From a virus (taxonomy: Duplodnaviria; Caudoviricetes), in the IMG/VR virus record IMGVR_UViG_3300036820_000021, positions 1 to 58,919 of that record: DNA of 58,919 nucleotides; one strand, given 5' to 3'. The position numbers and the translations under genes were made by a program. The notes below the pieces were generated by a model, which saw only the letters and a program-made list of their open reading frames with translations, had not been told where the DNA came from and made no database searches. Positions 47,244 to 55,269 of this stretch are shown in pieces (positions within the stretch are counted from its first letter, which is position 1; each line of letters begins with the position of its first letter).

Positions 47244-48619
47244 CCAACGGTCGATTCGCCGCGCCTGGGCTCGGCCCGCTGACTACTGCGATGGCGGCAG
47301 GCGATGCACACGCGGCCCATAAATCCGCCGTCCACGCCGGCTTGCCGAAGGTGATCGTGGACAGTGAAGGCCGCAGCTATCATCCGACGCTCAAGCGCGG
47401 CACCTATCGTTCCGTTGAGGGCGGCACGCCGTCGACGCGGCACGCCGTTATCACCGTGGCGCAGCACATGCCGGCCAGCCCGATCGCATCGCGCCTGCAG
47501 CAACTGCTCGGCGCCGCGCCCGCGGCCAAAGAGGCGCCTCCCTCAGATATTGACATAGCGGCGCATACCGCAGCGGCATCGCCGCACAACGGACGCCCGA
47601 ATCCAACTGACGGCCAGAAAACGGCTGGGAATTACAAAAAAGGCCACGCCGTTGTCGGCGCCATGGAGATCGCGATCGAGAACCCGCAAGGATCGATGCG
47701 CACGCGCGCGGGAGGCGGCCGATGGCCGATCGCACTCCAACATCACTACGGCTACATCAAGGGCACAAAAGGCAAGGACGGCGACCCCATTGACGTCTTT
47801 GTAAAGCCGGGCACGCCGAGCGAACTGCCGCTCAGTGCTCCGGTTTTTGTGGTCGACCAGAACGGCCATGACGGCAAATTCGACGAACACAAGGCCATGA
47901 TCGGCTTCAAGTCGAAAAACGAAGCAAAAGCCGCATATCTCTCGAATTACAGCCTCGGCCACGAACGAAACGTCGGCGCCATCACTGAGATGCCGCTGAA
48001 AGCCTTCAAGGAATGGGCCACGAGCAGCGGCCCGCAGAAGGGCGCTCTTGCGCGTCAGCGCGGGAATCGCCAGGCGACGTCAACGCCGGTCGCAAAGCCG
48101 GCTGCGGCCACTCCGAAATCGAACGATTCGAAGCGCACCGCACTCCCCAAGGTGATGACGAGTCATGGGCCAGTGACCGTCGATAACCGCTGGGATGTTG
48201 CCAGCTACGCGAACTCGGCGAAGGGCGACGATCACGCTCCCGTCGTGGTCGATCACAGCATCCCGGAGCACTCGCCGACGCTGAAAGGCAAGGACGGCAA
48301 GCCGGCCCACCTCTGGCGCCATGTGGCAGAGCACGAGGTGCAGGAACGAAAGGCGATGCGCGAAGCCGTTGCTAAGTTCAAGCAGCAGCACGGCCGCGAG
48401 CCAAAGCCGGCCGAACTGAAAGAAATCTACGAGGACAAGCACATCAACGTCGCCACGCCGGCCGAGCGCAAGATGGTCGAGGCGGACGGCGTCGATTTCG
48501 ATCAGTACACGCGCACGGCCAATGGCTACATCAAAGCGCTGCGTGATCGGAAGCATCCGAATCCGCCGCCATTTCCGATGCACGTCGACCCTGAATTGGC
48601 GAACCAGCAACAGTCCTAA
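47240..48619 (+). CDS. Polyvalent-type inorganic pyrophosphatase-like (InPase) domain protein
   Basis: PT.GQK.AGNYKKGH..I.IENP.GS.R..HYGYI.GT.G.DGD.IDVF..FDEHK.M.GF..AYL.NY. Confidence 0.8.
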   Translation: MTNGRFAAPGLGPLTTAMAAGDAHAAHKSAVHAGLPKVIVDSEGRSYHPTLKRGTYRSVEGGTPSTRHAVITVAQHMPASPIASRLQQLLGAAPAAKEAPPSDIDIAAHTAAASPHNGRPNPTDGQKTAGNYKKGHAVVGAMEIAIENPQGSMRTRAGGGRWPIALQHHYGYIKGTKGKDGDPIDVFVKPGTPSELPLSAPVFVVDQNGHDGKFDEHKAMIGFKSKNEAKAAYLSNYSLGHERNVGAITEMPLKAFKEWATSSGPQKGALARQRGNRQATSTPVAKPAAATPKSNDSKRTALPKVMTSHGPVTVDNRWDVASYANSAKGDDHAPVVVDHSIPEHSPTLKGKDGKPAHLWRHVAEHEVQERKAMREAVAKFKQQHGREPKPAELKEIYEDKHINVATPAERKMVEADGVDFDQYTRTANGYIKALRDRKHPNPPPFPMHVDPELANQQQS

Positions 48620-48972
48620 AAACAGGATGTTGTGACTTGGCCGCCGACGCGATTCGATGAGCAGACTGTCATCGGCCTTACGAGGGGAGCTGCGGCAGGT
48701 GCCACATAAGCCGGATGGGAGAAGGCGTTTCCCGCTCCACTGAGGATGCCAGCAGCGAGAACGCGACGCGATGCCTCGGCCTCTTGTCTTTCCTGCTCTT
48801 TTTGCAACCTGCATTGGACGTACACAGGCGTTCCGACGACGGCTCCATAGGAGCGGCAACTGGCGTCATCGGCTGCGGCAGCGTCGGCAAGCTGCTGTTC
48901 TGCAGTTTTGCATCCACCGACGCTGATCGCGATCAATCCTGCGATGAGCCACCATCGTTTTTTGATTGTCAT
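48616..48972 (-). CDS. Lipoprotein moron
   Basis: Lipobox-like VGGC; D.A.C.SYG...GT..Y.QCR. Confidence 0.65.
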   Translation of the reverse strand: MTIKKRWWLIAGLIAISVGGCKTAEQQLADAAAADDASCRSYGAVVGTPVYVQCRLQKEQERQEAEASRRVLAAGILSGAGNAFSHPAYVAPAAAPLVRPMTVCSSNRVGGQVTTSCF

Positions 48973-49044
48973 TTTCCCCTCCCGCGCGAGATCACGCCAA
49001 AGGCGACCTCACACAACGATATTATGGCCTCTGGCCTGGACAGC

Positions 49045-49290
49045 CTACAGATTTCGCGTTGTCAGCCCCAGGGACCAATTGAAACAAATCTGCGATAGCC
49101 ACATCACGCCGATCATGGTGCCGGTGGCAATCCACCCCCAATCCTTAGCGCCAAATATGCCGTAAGCGGCCAAACAGCCAAAAATGATGGAGAAGGTCGA
49201 GGTGGTGGTGCACGCCACCCAATCCAAGCGGCGCTCTAATTTGAGGACCCTGCGATCTAGTTCATTATTATAATCCATCAGGCCGAACAT
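49045..49290 (-). CDS. Small two-TM membrane protein
   Basis: Two hydrophobic segments; lower GC. Confidence 0.45.
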   Translation of the reverse strand: MFGLMDYNNELDRRVLKLERRLDWVACTTTSTFSIIFGCLAAYGIFGAKDWGWIATGTMIGVMWLSQICFNWSLGLTTRNL

Positions 49291-49304
49291 CTTTCTTTTC
49301 TCCC

Positions 49305-49535
49305 CTATTTCACGATTTGTCGGCGCGTGATCTCGACAAGCGCGACCTCGATCAGTGATCGAATGGCGTCAGGTCGCGAAACTTCGCCCTCATTCCGCTT
49401 CTGTAGCCGAGCGCGCCAGTCATCTATTGCGGCCAACATCGGCGGATGAAGGCGCACCTGGATTTGTGCGCCCTTGCCCGTGGGGGCGGGGCCTCTGCGC
49501 TTTTTCTTTGGTACCAAAGAGGATTGACGTGCCAT
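49305..49535 (-). CDS. Ribbon-helix-helix (Arc/Mnt-like) repressor
   Basis: RGP.PTGKG.QI.VRL....L.AID.W..SRPDAIR.L.E. Confidence 0.75.
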   Translation of the reverse strand: MARQSSLVPKKKRRGPAPTGKGAQIQVRLHPPMLAAIDDWRARLQKRNEGEVSRPDAIRSLIEVALVEITRRQIVK

Positions 49536-49552
49536 AAGAAGCGTGGTACCAC
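49505..49552. promoter_or_regulatory. Paired TGGTACCA palindromic operators around a TTGACG -35
   Basis: TCTTTGGTACCAAAGA 49505-49520 and GTGGTACCAC 49543-49552. Confidence 0.6.
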
Positions 49553-49622
49553 ACATAAATCGGGCTGGCAAGGCGGTTGAAGCGCCAAGCCAGCCCTAAC
49601 CCGAACCAAAGGACACAACCCT

Positions 49623-50021
49623 GTGGCTCAAGCTATCCATACGTCTACCACTCGCCGCGCCGTCATCACAACCGTAACCGGCGCCGCCGTCCTTGCCGCG
49701 ATTCCCATCGCCGCAAAGCTCAACGCGACCACCAACCTTACGGCTCTCTCAAACGAGTTCGACCGCCTCGCCGCATACGAAAAGTGCCTGTGGCGCGGTT
49801 TCGACGGACTCGACGCCAACACCCAAGCGGCAATTTCGGCTACGCAAGCCCGCATCGATGACGTGATCGACGCCATTGATGCCCTGCCGGGGACGGCGAT
49901 CGCCGAGCTCAAATTGAAAGCGCGCGCCGCGGTCTACTTCGAAGAACCTGACGCGGACGCCGATTCGTGCATCCGCGAGCGCCTCGTTGCGGTCGTCCTC
50001 AACCATCTCGCGGCGTCCTGA
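49623..50021 (+). CDS. Hypothetical protein with TRRAV leader
   Basis: AAGGA SD; T..EL.LKAR motif. Confidence 0.55.
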   Translation: MAQAIHTSTTRRAVITTVTGAAVLAAIPIAAKLNATTNLTALSNEFDRLAAYEKCLWRGFDGLDANTQAAISATQARIDDVIDAIDALPGTAIAELKLKARAAVYFEEPDADADSCIRERLVAVVLNHLAAS

Positions 50022-50022
50022 C

Positions 50023-50211
50023 ATGACGCGCATCCAAACCGACCTCGCCAACGCCATTGTCGAGGCCATCAGGCAACGGCACCGCCAAATCCAACCCGTC
50101 ACACTCGACGACGTGCTCGCGGCCGTAACTAACGTGCGTGCGGTTGCTGTCCAATTGACATTCGACGGCGATCTTCCGGCCAACGTCATTCCATTCAAGA
50201 GGGCCGGGTAA
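50023..50211 (+). CDS. Hypothetical protein
   Basis: Coupled ORF ending NVIPF. Confidence 0.45.
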   Translation: MTRIQTDLANAIVEAIRQRHRQIQPVTLDDVLAAVTNVRAVAVQLTFDGDLPANVIPFKRAG

Positions 50212-50261
50212 GCCGACTCGGGCGCTCCCGCGCGGGGGCGCCTTTCCTCCCATCACCGCAA

Positions 50262-50311
50262 TTGACGTAACCCGCGACTCAAGCGTACATAAATCCTGTA
50301 TTAGATACAGG
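50262..50311 (+). promoter_or_regulatory. Antirepressor promoter-operator cassette
   Basis: TTGACG-N18-TACATAAATCCTGTATTAGATACAGG, matching 13403-13453. Confidence 0.7.
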
Positions 50312-50335
50312 GTAATCCAAACCAGGAAACTCAAC

Positions 50336-51145
50336 ATGAGCCATGATCTAATCCCAGTCATCAATCGCCAAGTCGGCGAAGATGCCGTTCAAACTGTCAA
50401 CGCCAGGGACCTCCACGCTTTCCTTGATGTCGGCAAGATGTTCGCTCACTGGATCAAGGATAAGATCGAGCAGTACGGCTTTGTCGAAAATCGAGATTAC
50501 GGGGTTTTTGCCGAATTTGGCAATAACCCTCTTGGAGGCCGTCCGAGCGCCGAATATGCCCTAACTCTCGACATGGCGAAGGAACTTGCCATGGTCCAGA
50601 ACAACGAAAAGGGCAGACAAGTTCGCCTGTACTTTATCGAGTGTGAGAGACGCGCCAAGACTGTCGTTGCCGCCAATCCCAATCTGATCGACATCACCAA
50701 CCTCGCTCAGGTGCTCGGCACAGTCGGGATTTATGCCCAAAAGCTGATGGCGCTGGAAGCTAAGGTGCAGGAACAGGCGCCGAAACTCGAAGCGTTCAAA
50801 GAGATTTCGGAAGCGGAGGGCGAATTTAGCATCACTGAAACTGCCAAGATATTGCAAATGAAGAGGCCGCGATCGCTCTTTGTGCTCCTGCAGCGAGAGG
50901 GGTGGATTTTCAGGTCGCAACGTCATGGCGGATGGATCGGCTTCCAAACGAAAGTTGCGGCAGGGATGCTGAAACATCACGTAATAAGATTCAATCGAGC
51001 AGACGGATCGGTACGGACCATAGAGCAAGTTCTAGTTACACCAAAGGGCCTCACAACATTGGCTGAAATGTTGGCGCGGGCCGACATCGCAGGCCGGCCT
51101 CTCGTTCAGAAGCTGCAATCCAGCATCTCGAATCCGCTTCATTAG
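50336..51145 (+). CDS. ant: Antirepressor (AntA/AntB + KilAC/ANT)
   Basis: VNARDLH.FL..F..WI...I..YGF.EN.DY..LTLDMAKELAM..R.YFIECE; VTPKGL. Confidence 0.9.
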   Translation: MSHDLIPVINRQVGEDAVQTVNARDLHAFLDVGKMFAHWIKDKIEQYGFVENRDYGVFAEFGNNPLGGRPSAEYALTLDMAKELAMVQNNEKGRQVRLYFIECERRAKTVVAANPNLIDITNLAQVLGTVGIYAQKLMALEAKVQEQAPKLEAFKEISEAEGEFSITETAKILQMKRPRSLFVLLQREGWIFRSQRHGGWIGFQTKVAAGMLKHHVIRFNRADGSVRTIEQVLVTPKGLTTLAEMLARADIAGRPLVQKLQSSISNPLH

Positions 51146-51175
51146 AAGCGCGGCCGCGCATTGAAGCGTGAAAGG

Positions 51176-51206
51176 GAGGGGCGGCTTCGGTCGCCCCTCT
51201 TTATTT
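51176..51206 (+). terminator. Intrinsic terminator after ant
   Basis: GAGGGGCGGC-TTCG-GTCGCCCCTC-TTTATTT. Confidence 0.8.
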
Positions 51207-51235
51207 GCTGGCAATTGTCTGATATGCCGATCGCG

Positions 51236-51274
51236 TCGCGCAGGACGTGCGGCCGATAGGAGCGGCACGTCATG
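51236..51274 (+). promoter_or_regulatory. Late 5'-UTR RNA switch 3 (lytic transglycosylase)
   Basis: CGCGCAGGACGTGC 51237-51250; GACGTGC pairs with GCACGTC 51265-51271, abutting the ATG and enclosing SD AGGAG. Confidence 0.75.
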
Positions 51275-52051
51275 GCAAGCGACTTGACCGGCCAGGGGAT
51301 CACGCAACTCGACCCCGAGGACCCAAACACCGCCATCCAATCAGCGGCGAATCAGTACGGCGTCGATCCGGCCTATCTGGCGCGAGTGGCGGCCATCGAA
51401 TCGAGCAATAACCCGAATGCGGTTTCATCCACCGGAGCCAAGGGCTTATTCCAGTTCACGGGTGGTACCGCAAAGGCATATGGTCTGACCAACCCGAGCG
51501 ACGTGAGCCAGAGCGCGAATGCAGCGGCTCGCCTCACTGCCGACAACCAAGCGGCGCTTACAAAGGCTCTTGGTCGCCAGCCGACATCCGGCGAACTCTA
51601 CCTCGCGCACCAGCAAGGCGCGACCGGCGCGATTGCCCTCATCACGCACCCGAACCAGAGCGCGGTTGAGGCATTGACGCCCGTTTACGGCGGCAACACT
51701 GCGCGTGCGACGCAGGCGCTTACCGTCAACGGCGGCACACCGGACATGACTGCGGGCGCGTTTACAAATCAATGGGCCTCAAAGTTCTCCCCGCAGGGCA
51801 ATAATGCCCCAACGTCAACAGCGTCAGCGGCGCCGAGCGCACCCCTCTCGCTCTTGCCGACTACATCAACGCCCGCATCATCGCCGACCGGATCATCGCA
51901 AGGCGCAACCAATTTGGCGGCGAAGAACTTCAACCTCGCGACCGGCTTGGGAAGCAAAATCGGCTCGGCATTCACCACGGGCATTTCGGCGCCGTCGCTG
52001 ATCCAGCTATCGGACACGCCAGCATCCGTCGCGGGACTCTCGCAAGTTTAA
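51272..52051 (+). CDS. Lytic transglycosylase (SLT) protein, probably virion-associated
   Basis: AA.QYGVDP..L..VA.IES..NPNA.S.TGA.GLFQF...TA..YG; LYLAHQQG. Confidence 0.85.
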   Translation: MASDLTGQGITQLDPEDPNTAIQSAANQYGVDPAYLARVAAIESSNNPNAVSSTGAKGLFQFTGGTAKAYGLTNPSDVSQSANAAARLTADNQAALTKALGRQPTSGELYLAHQQGATGAIALITHPNQSAVEALTPVYGGNTARATQALTVNGGTPDMTAGAFTNQWASKFSPQGNNAPTSTASAAPSAPLSLLPTTSTPASSPTGSSQGATNLAAKNFNLATGLGSKIGSAFTTGISAPSLIQLSDTPASVAGLSQV

Positions 52052-52127
52052 GTAAGGCGATCTCAACAGCCAATTGCCGTCGAGGGTTTACTAGCCCGAA
52101 TCGGCGGAGTAGAAGCAGCCAACAGCA

Positions 52128-52171
52128 CCGCGCAGGATGTGCGGCTCTTAACCGGAGCCCGTTCTGCCATG
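52128..52171 (+). promoter_or_regulatory. Late 5'-UTR RNA switch 4 (holin/lysis cassette)
   Basis: CCGCGCA-GGA-TGTGCGG versus GCAGGATG/CGTTCTGC plus GGCTC/GAGCC stems burying SD GGAG. Confidence 0.7.
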
Positions 52172-52384
52172 CTGGCAGCCATCAAAGCCAAGTTCGACGC
52201 AGTACACAAGCGTTGGCACAACTGGATCAACGCCTTCTGGGTGGTGTTCTCCGCGCTGTGGATGATGCTGCCGGCGATCCAGGGCGTCATGTCGGCGAGA
52301 ACCTTCCTCGCGTTCTCCGCCGTGGTGGTTGCTTCATTCATCTACGGCCGGCTCACTCATCAGGAGGGCATCCTCGATGATTGA
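52169..52384 (+). CDS. Holin (two TM)
   Basis: Two hydrophobic helices; directly upstream of and overlapping the endolysin. Confidence 0.7.
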   Translation: MLAAIKAKFDAVHKRWHNWINAFWVVFSALWMMLPAIQGVMSARTFLAFSAVVVASFIYGRLTHQEGILDD

Positions 52385-52868
52385 TGCACCCCGAATCGTT
52401 ACCGGCAAGCGCGCCGCATGGGTGGCGATCTGCGTTAGCACTCTCTCGGTTTTGGAGGGTTACGCGCCCGTCGCCAAGCACGAGCGCGCCGATCCGCCCG
52501 GCGTCATCACCGCCTGCTACGGCATGACCAATTACGACCGCCCGCTGAAAGCCGGCGAGCGGTTCACCAAGCCGGAATGTCAGAAATATCTCGCGGAGGA
52601 TTTGCCGCGCTACGCGGTTGGCGTCCGCAAGTGCGTCCCCGGCTTCGATGACATGCCAGCGCCGCGGCAGGCGGCGCTTGTCAGCTTTGCCTACAACATC
52701 GGCGCTGGCGGCCTGTGCAAGTCGCGCGTCGCCAAGCTGCTCAATGCCGGCCAAGTCCAGGCCGGCTGCGATGACATGCTGATGTACGTGTACGCCAACG
52801 GCAAATACCTCAAAGGGCTCGATAATCGGCGCAAAACCGAACGCGCGCTCTGTCTCAAGGATCACTGA
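52377..52868 (+). CDS. GH24 lysozyme endolysin, possibly SAR type
   Basis: Hydrophobic N-terminus then EG..D..G..T.CYG.T; SFAYNIG; GL.NRR..ER.LC. Confidence 0.9.
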   Translation: MIDAPRIVTGKRAAWVAICVSTLSVLEGYAPVAKHERADPPGVITACYGMTNYDRPLKAGERFTKPECQKYLAEDLPRYAVGVRKCVPGFDDMPAPRQAALVSFAYNIGAGGLCKSRVAKLLNAGQVQAGCDDMLMYVYANGKYLKGLDNRRKTERALCLKDH

Positions 52869-52870
52869 TC

Positions 52871-53380
52871 ATGTTCGGCATCTGGCATTTCATCGCCGAT
52901 CACTTCTGGCTCATTACGGGATCGCTCAGTACCTTGGGCGCCGTCGCGGTGGTCGCCATCATCATGGTGTGCGGCTTCCCGATCAGCACCATCGTCGCGG
53001 CGATCGGCTCCGTGCTTACCGAGTCGATCAAGTTCCTGGAAACGCCGGTCGGCGAAGCGATCGCCGTCCTGATCCTCGTCCTCGTTGTCGGGGTTTCCGT
53101 GGACGTCCACCAAATCCGCGTCGACGATGCCTCCCAGCGCGTAGCCGTGCAAAAGGCCCTCGTCGCGCAAGCGCAAAAGGCAGACGAGGACCGCAAGGCG
53201 CGCGACGCCTACGTGACGCAGAAAGTCGGCGCCGACGCGCAAACCCGGATCGCACAGATCGAGGCCGAGAAATCGGACTTGGAGAAGAAGGCAAAGGACT
53301 ATGAAACCGCTCTGGAAGCCAGCAAGCGCGCTCGTTGCTCTGTCACTCGCGACGATCTCTCTGGGCGGCTGCAAAACTGA
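52871..53380 (+). CDS. i-spanin (Rz-like)
   Basis: N-terminal TM segments then coiled coil, after endolysin. Confidence 0.7.
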   Translation: MFGIWHFIADHFWLITGSLSTLGAVAVVAIIMVCGFPISTIVAAIGSVLTESIKFLETPVGEAIAVLILVLVVGVSVDVHQIRVDDASQRVAVQKALVAQAQKADEDRKARDAYVTQKVGADAQTRIAQIEAEKSDLEKKAKDYETALEASKRARCSVTRDDLSGRLQN

Positions 53381-53606
53381 CGGCGTTGGCGACGTTCCCC
53401 CTGTGATCGCCGCGGGGCCCGTTGCCGTGCCGGCCGCGTGCGAGGCAATCCTGCGCCAGCAGGCAGTAGTGCGGGCGAAGCTCGGCAATGATTACCGAGT
53501 GCTGTTCAAGCGCGCGCAGAACGGCCAAGTCGTGGAGAACAGCATCATCCGGCAGGCGCAAGAGTGTCTGGAAATGCAGCGCAAACTCTACAGCGGAACA
53601 CAATGA
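53301..53606 (+). CDS. o-spanin (Rz1-like lipoprotein)
   Basis: Lipobox LGGC; overlaps the Rz 3' end in another frame. Confidence 0.7.
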   Translation: MKPLWKPASALVALSLATISLGGCKTDGVGDVPPVIAAGPVAVPAACEAILRQQAVVRAKLGNDYRVLFKRAQNGQVVENSIIRQAQECLEMQRKLYSGTQ

Positions 53607-53860
53607 GCCTCGTCGACGACGATCGCACACGGGACATCGCCGAGGCAGCCGGCCGATCGGCCGCACGCGAAATGGCGCTCCTGATCGGCATTGACGTGTC
53701 GACGCCTGCAGGCGTCCAGCGGGCGCAACGCAATTGGGCGTTTCTGGACGATCTCCGATCGGGAACGTCGATGGTCAAGCGCAAGATCGTGTTGACCGTC
53801 ATCGGCTCGATCATCACCGCGATTGTCGGCTATCTCGTCCTGTTCTTCCGCTCGCACTAA
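53603..53860 (+). CDS. C-terminal TM phage protein
   Basis: L.G.D.S.P...Q....FL..LR plus TM. Confidence 0.6.
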   Translation: MSLVDDDRTRDIAEAAGRSAAREMALLIGIDVSTPAGVQRAQRNWAFLDDLRSGTSMVKRKIVLTVIGSIITAIVGYLVLFFRSH

Positions 53861-53946
53861 GCCGTGGATTGCCGACTTTCGGGCTATTCCAGCAATAAAT
53901 AAATCCTGTATTATCGCCGCGTCGTTTGCCTTGCAGGGAGGCCCCG

Positions 53947-54438
53947 ATGCGGACGTTTGCATATGCGCTCTGGTATTTAATCTCGGCCACGACAGCGGCG
54001 CACGCCGCGGACCTCGCTGCCACGGCGGTCTATGACGTTTCCGCTCACACGGTTTATCTGCCGAACGGCGTGCGGCTCGAAGCGCACTCGGGAATCGGCA
54101 GGATGCTCGACGATCCGCGCTACGCGAGCGCAAAGTCTCGCGGTCCGACGCCGCCGAACACATACGATTTGACGCTGCGGCGCGGGCTCTTTCACGGCGT
54201 CCAGGCGCTTCGCCTCAATCCAGTCAAAGGGAGCAAGATGTACGGCCGCGATGGCATCTTGGCGCACACCTACATGCTCGGGCCAAGCGGCTCGTCGATG
54301 GGCTGCGTATCGTTCAAACGCTACGACGTGTTCCTGCGCGCCTTCCGCAGCGGCGCCGTCAAGCGCCTTCTCGTTGTCGCCCACCTTGGCGGCCTGTGGA
54401 ATGTGGAATTTCCTGTGGGTTTCTTATCCACGCCTTGA
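53947..54438 (+). CDS. DUF2778/Tlde1-like L,D-transpeptidase-fold exported protein
   Basis: AVYD...VYLP.G..LEAHSG.G..DDP..GPTPP..GR.G.LAHTYMLG..G.S.GCVSF. Confidence 0.85.
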   Translation: MRTFAYALWYLISATTAAHAADLAATAVYDVSAHTVYLPNGVRLEAHSGIGRMLDDPRYASAKSRGPTPPNTYDLTLRRGLFHGVQALRLNPVKGSKMYGRDGILAHTYMLGPSGSSMGCVSFKRYDVFLRAFRSGAVKRLLVVAHLGGLWNVEFPVGFLSTP

Positions 54439-54582
54439 AACCGTACAGGAAACTTGTAACAAGGATCGTGTGCAGGAGCATCAGCCAATGGTTGGTTGTT
54501 CTGCGCGACACTTACCCAACGACGACTTAGCCGCGGCGATCCTGCTTGTCGCCGCGGCCTTTTCGTGACATGGCGGGGTATT

Positions 54583-54804
54583 TCACCTCCCTGTTATCGG
54601 TGGCGGCGGAAGCGGCATCCAATGTGACGGATACACTGAGCCATTAACGTAATCGGTTGGGTCAAATCCAGCCCAATACCATCCTCGATCACCATGGCAT
54701 CTAGCCTCACCTACGCCGCCTTCCCCCGTGCTGACCAAGATGGATTCATCCAGCGGAGCTGTGTCGATTGGCTGCCAGATTTGCGCGGTCCATTTTGCGA
54801 TCAT
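54583..54804 (-). CDS. DUF551-like protein
   Basis: WQPIDTAP.D..PSHWMPLP.PP. Confidence 0.7.
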   Translation of the reverse strand: MIAKWTAQIWQPIDTAPLDESILVSTGEGGVGEARCHGDRGWYWAGFDPTDYVNGSVYPSHWMPLPPPPITGR

Positions 54805-54811
54805 TACGGGC

Positions 54812-55087
54812 CTACTCTGATAAGTCGGGCCAGCTTGGGCCGGGTTTGCGGATTCCGACGTTATTGGGCTTGGTGATGAAGCCGGACGCGACGAGGTAAT
54901 CAAGGATGCGAGCGGCGTGATTGTAGCCGATCTGCATCATGCGTTGCACGTAGCTAGTACAGCCCGATAGCTTCCCTTTGTTGCCATACATGCGCCGCAG
55001 ATGCTGCATGGCGGCTTTAATCTCAGCTTGAGATAGATCGTCGCCAGCTTCGATTTTGTCTCGCTCTATTGTTGGGTCAAATCCCAC
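54812..55087 (-). CDS. Stand-alone FtsK gamma-domain protein
   Basis: TSYVQRMMQIGYNHAARILD.L...G.I..P...G.R; GTG after AAGGA. Confidence 0.75.
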   Translation of the reverse strand: MGFDPTIERDKIEAGDDLSQAEIKAAMQHLRRMYGNKGKLSGCTSYVQRMMQIGYNHAARILDYLVASGFITKPNNVGIRKPGPSWPDLSE

Positions 55088-55091
55088 GGGC

Positions 55092-55265
55092 CTATTCCTT
55101 TCCGATCTCAGGATGTCGCTCAGCTTCCGCAATGGCATCGCGCAGATTGTCGATAGCCGCCCTAATGCGCGTAGCGTAAGCTGCCCCGACGTAATTGTGT
55201 TTCCAGTCAACGGCCTCGCGCAATCGCGCTGTGAATCGCTCTGCCATGCGGTCAAAATCGGTCAT
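55092..55265 (-). CDS. 57-aa hypothetical protein
   Basis: MTDFDRMAERF..., AGGA SD; below ORF-track cutoff. Confidence 0.4.
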   Translation of the reverse strand: MTDFDRMAERFTARLREAVDWKHNYVGAAYATRIRAAIDNLRDAIAEAERHPEIGKE

Positions 55266-55269
55266 GGGG

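Noticed and set aside
48621-48631. Fifth CsrA-type hairpin AACA-GGA-TGTT
   Set aside because: No GCGC/GTGC stem, no downstream plus-strand start, and it lies within the antisense lipoprotein gene.
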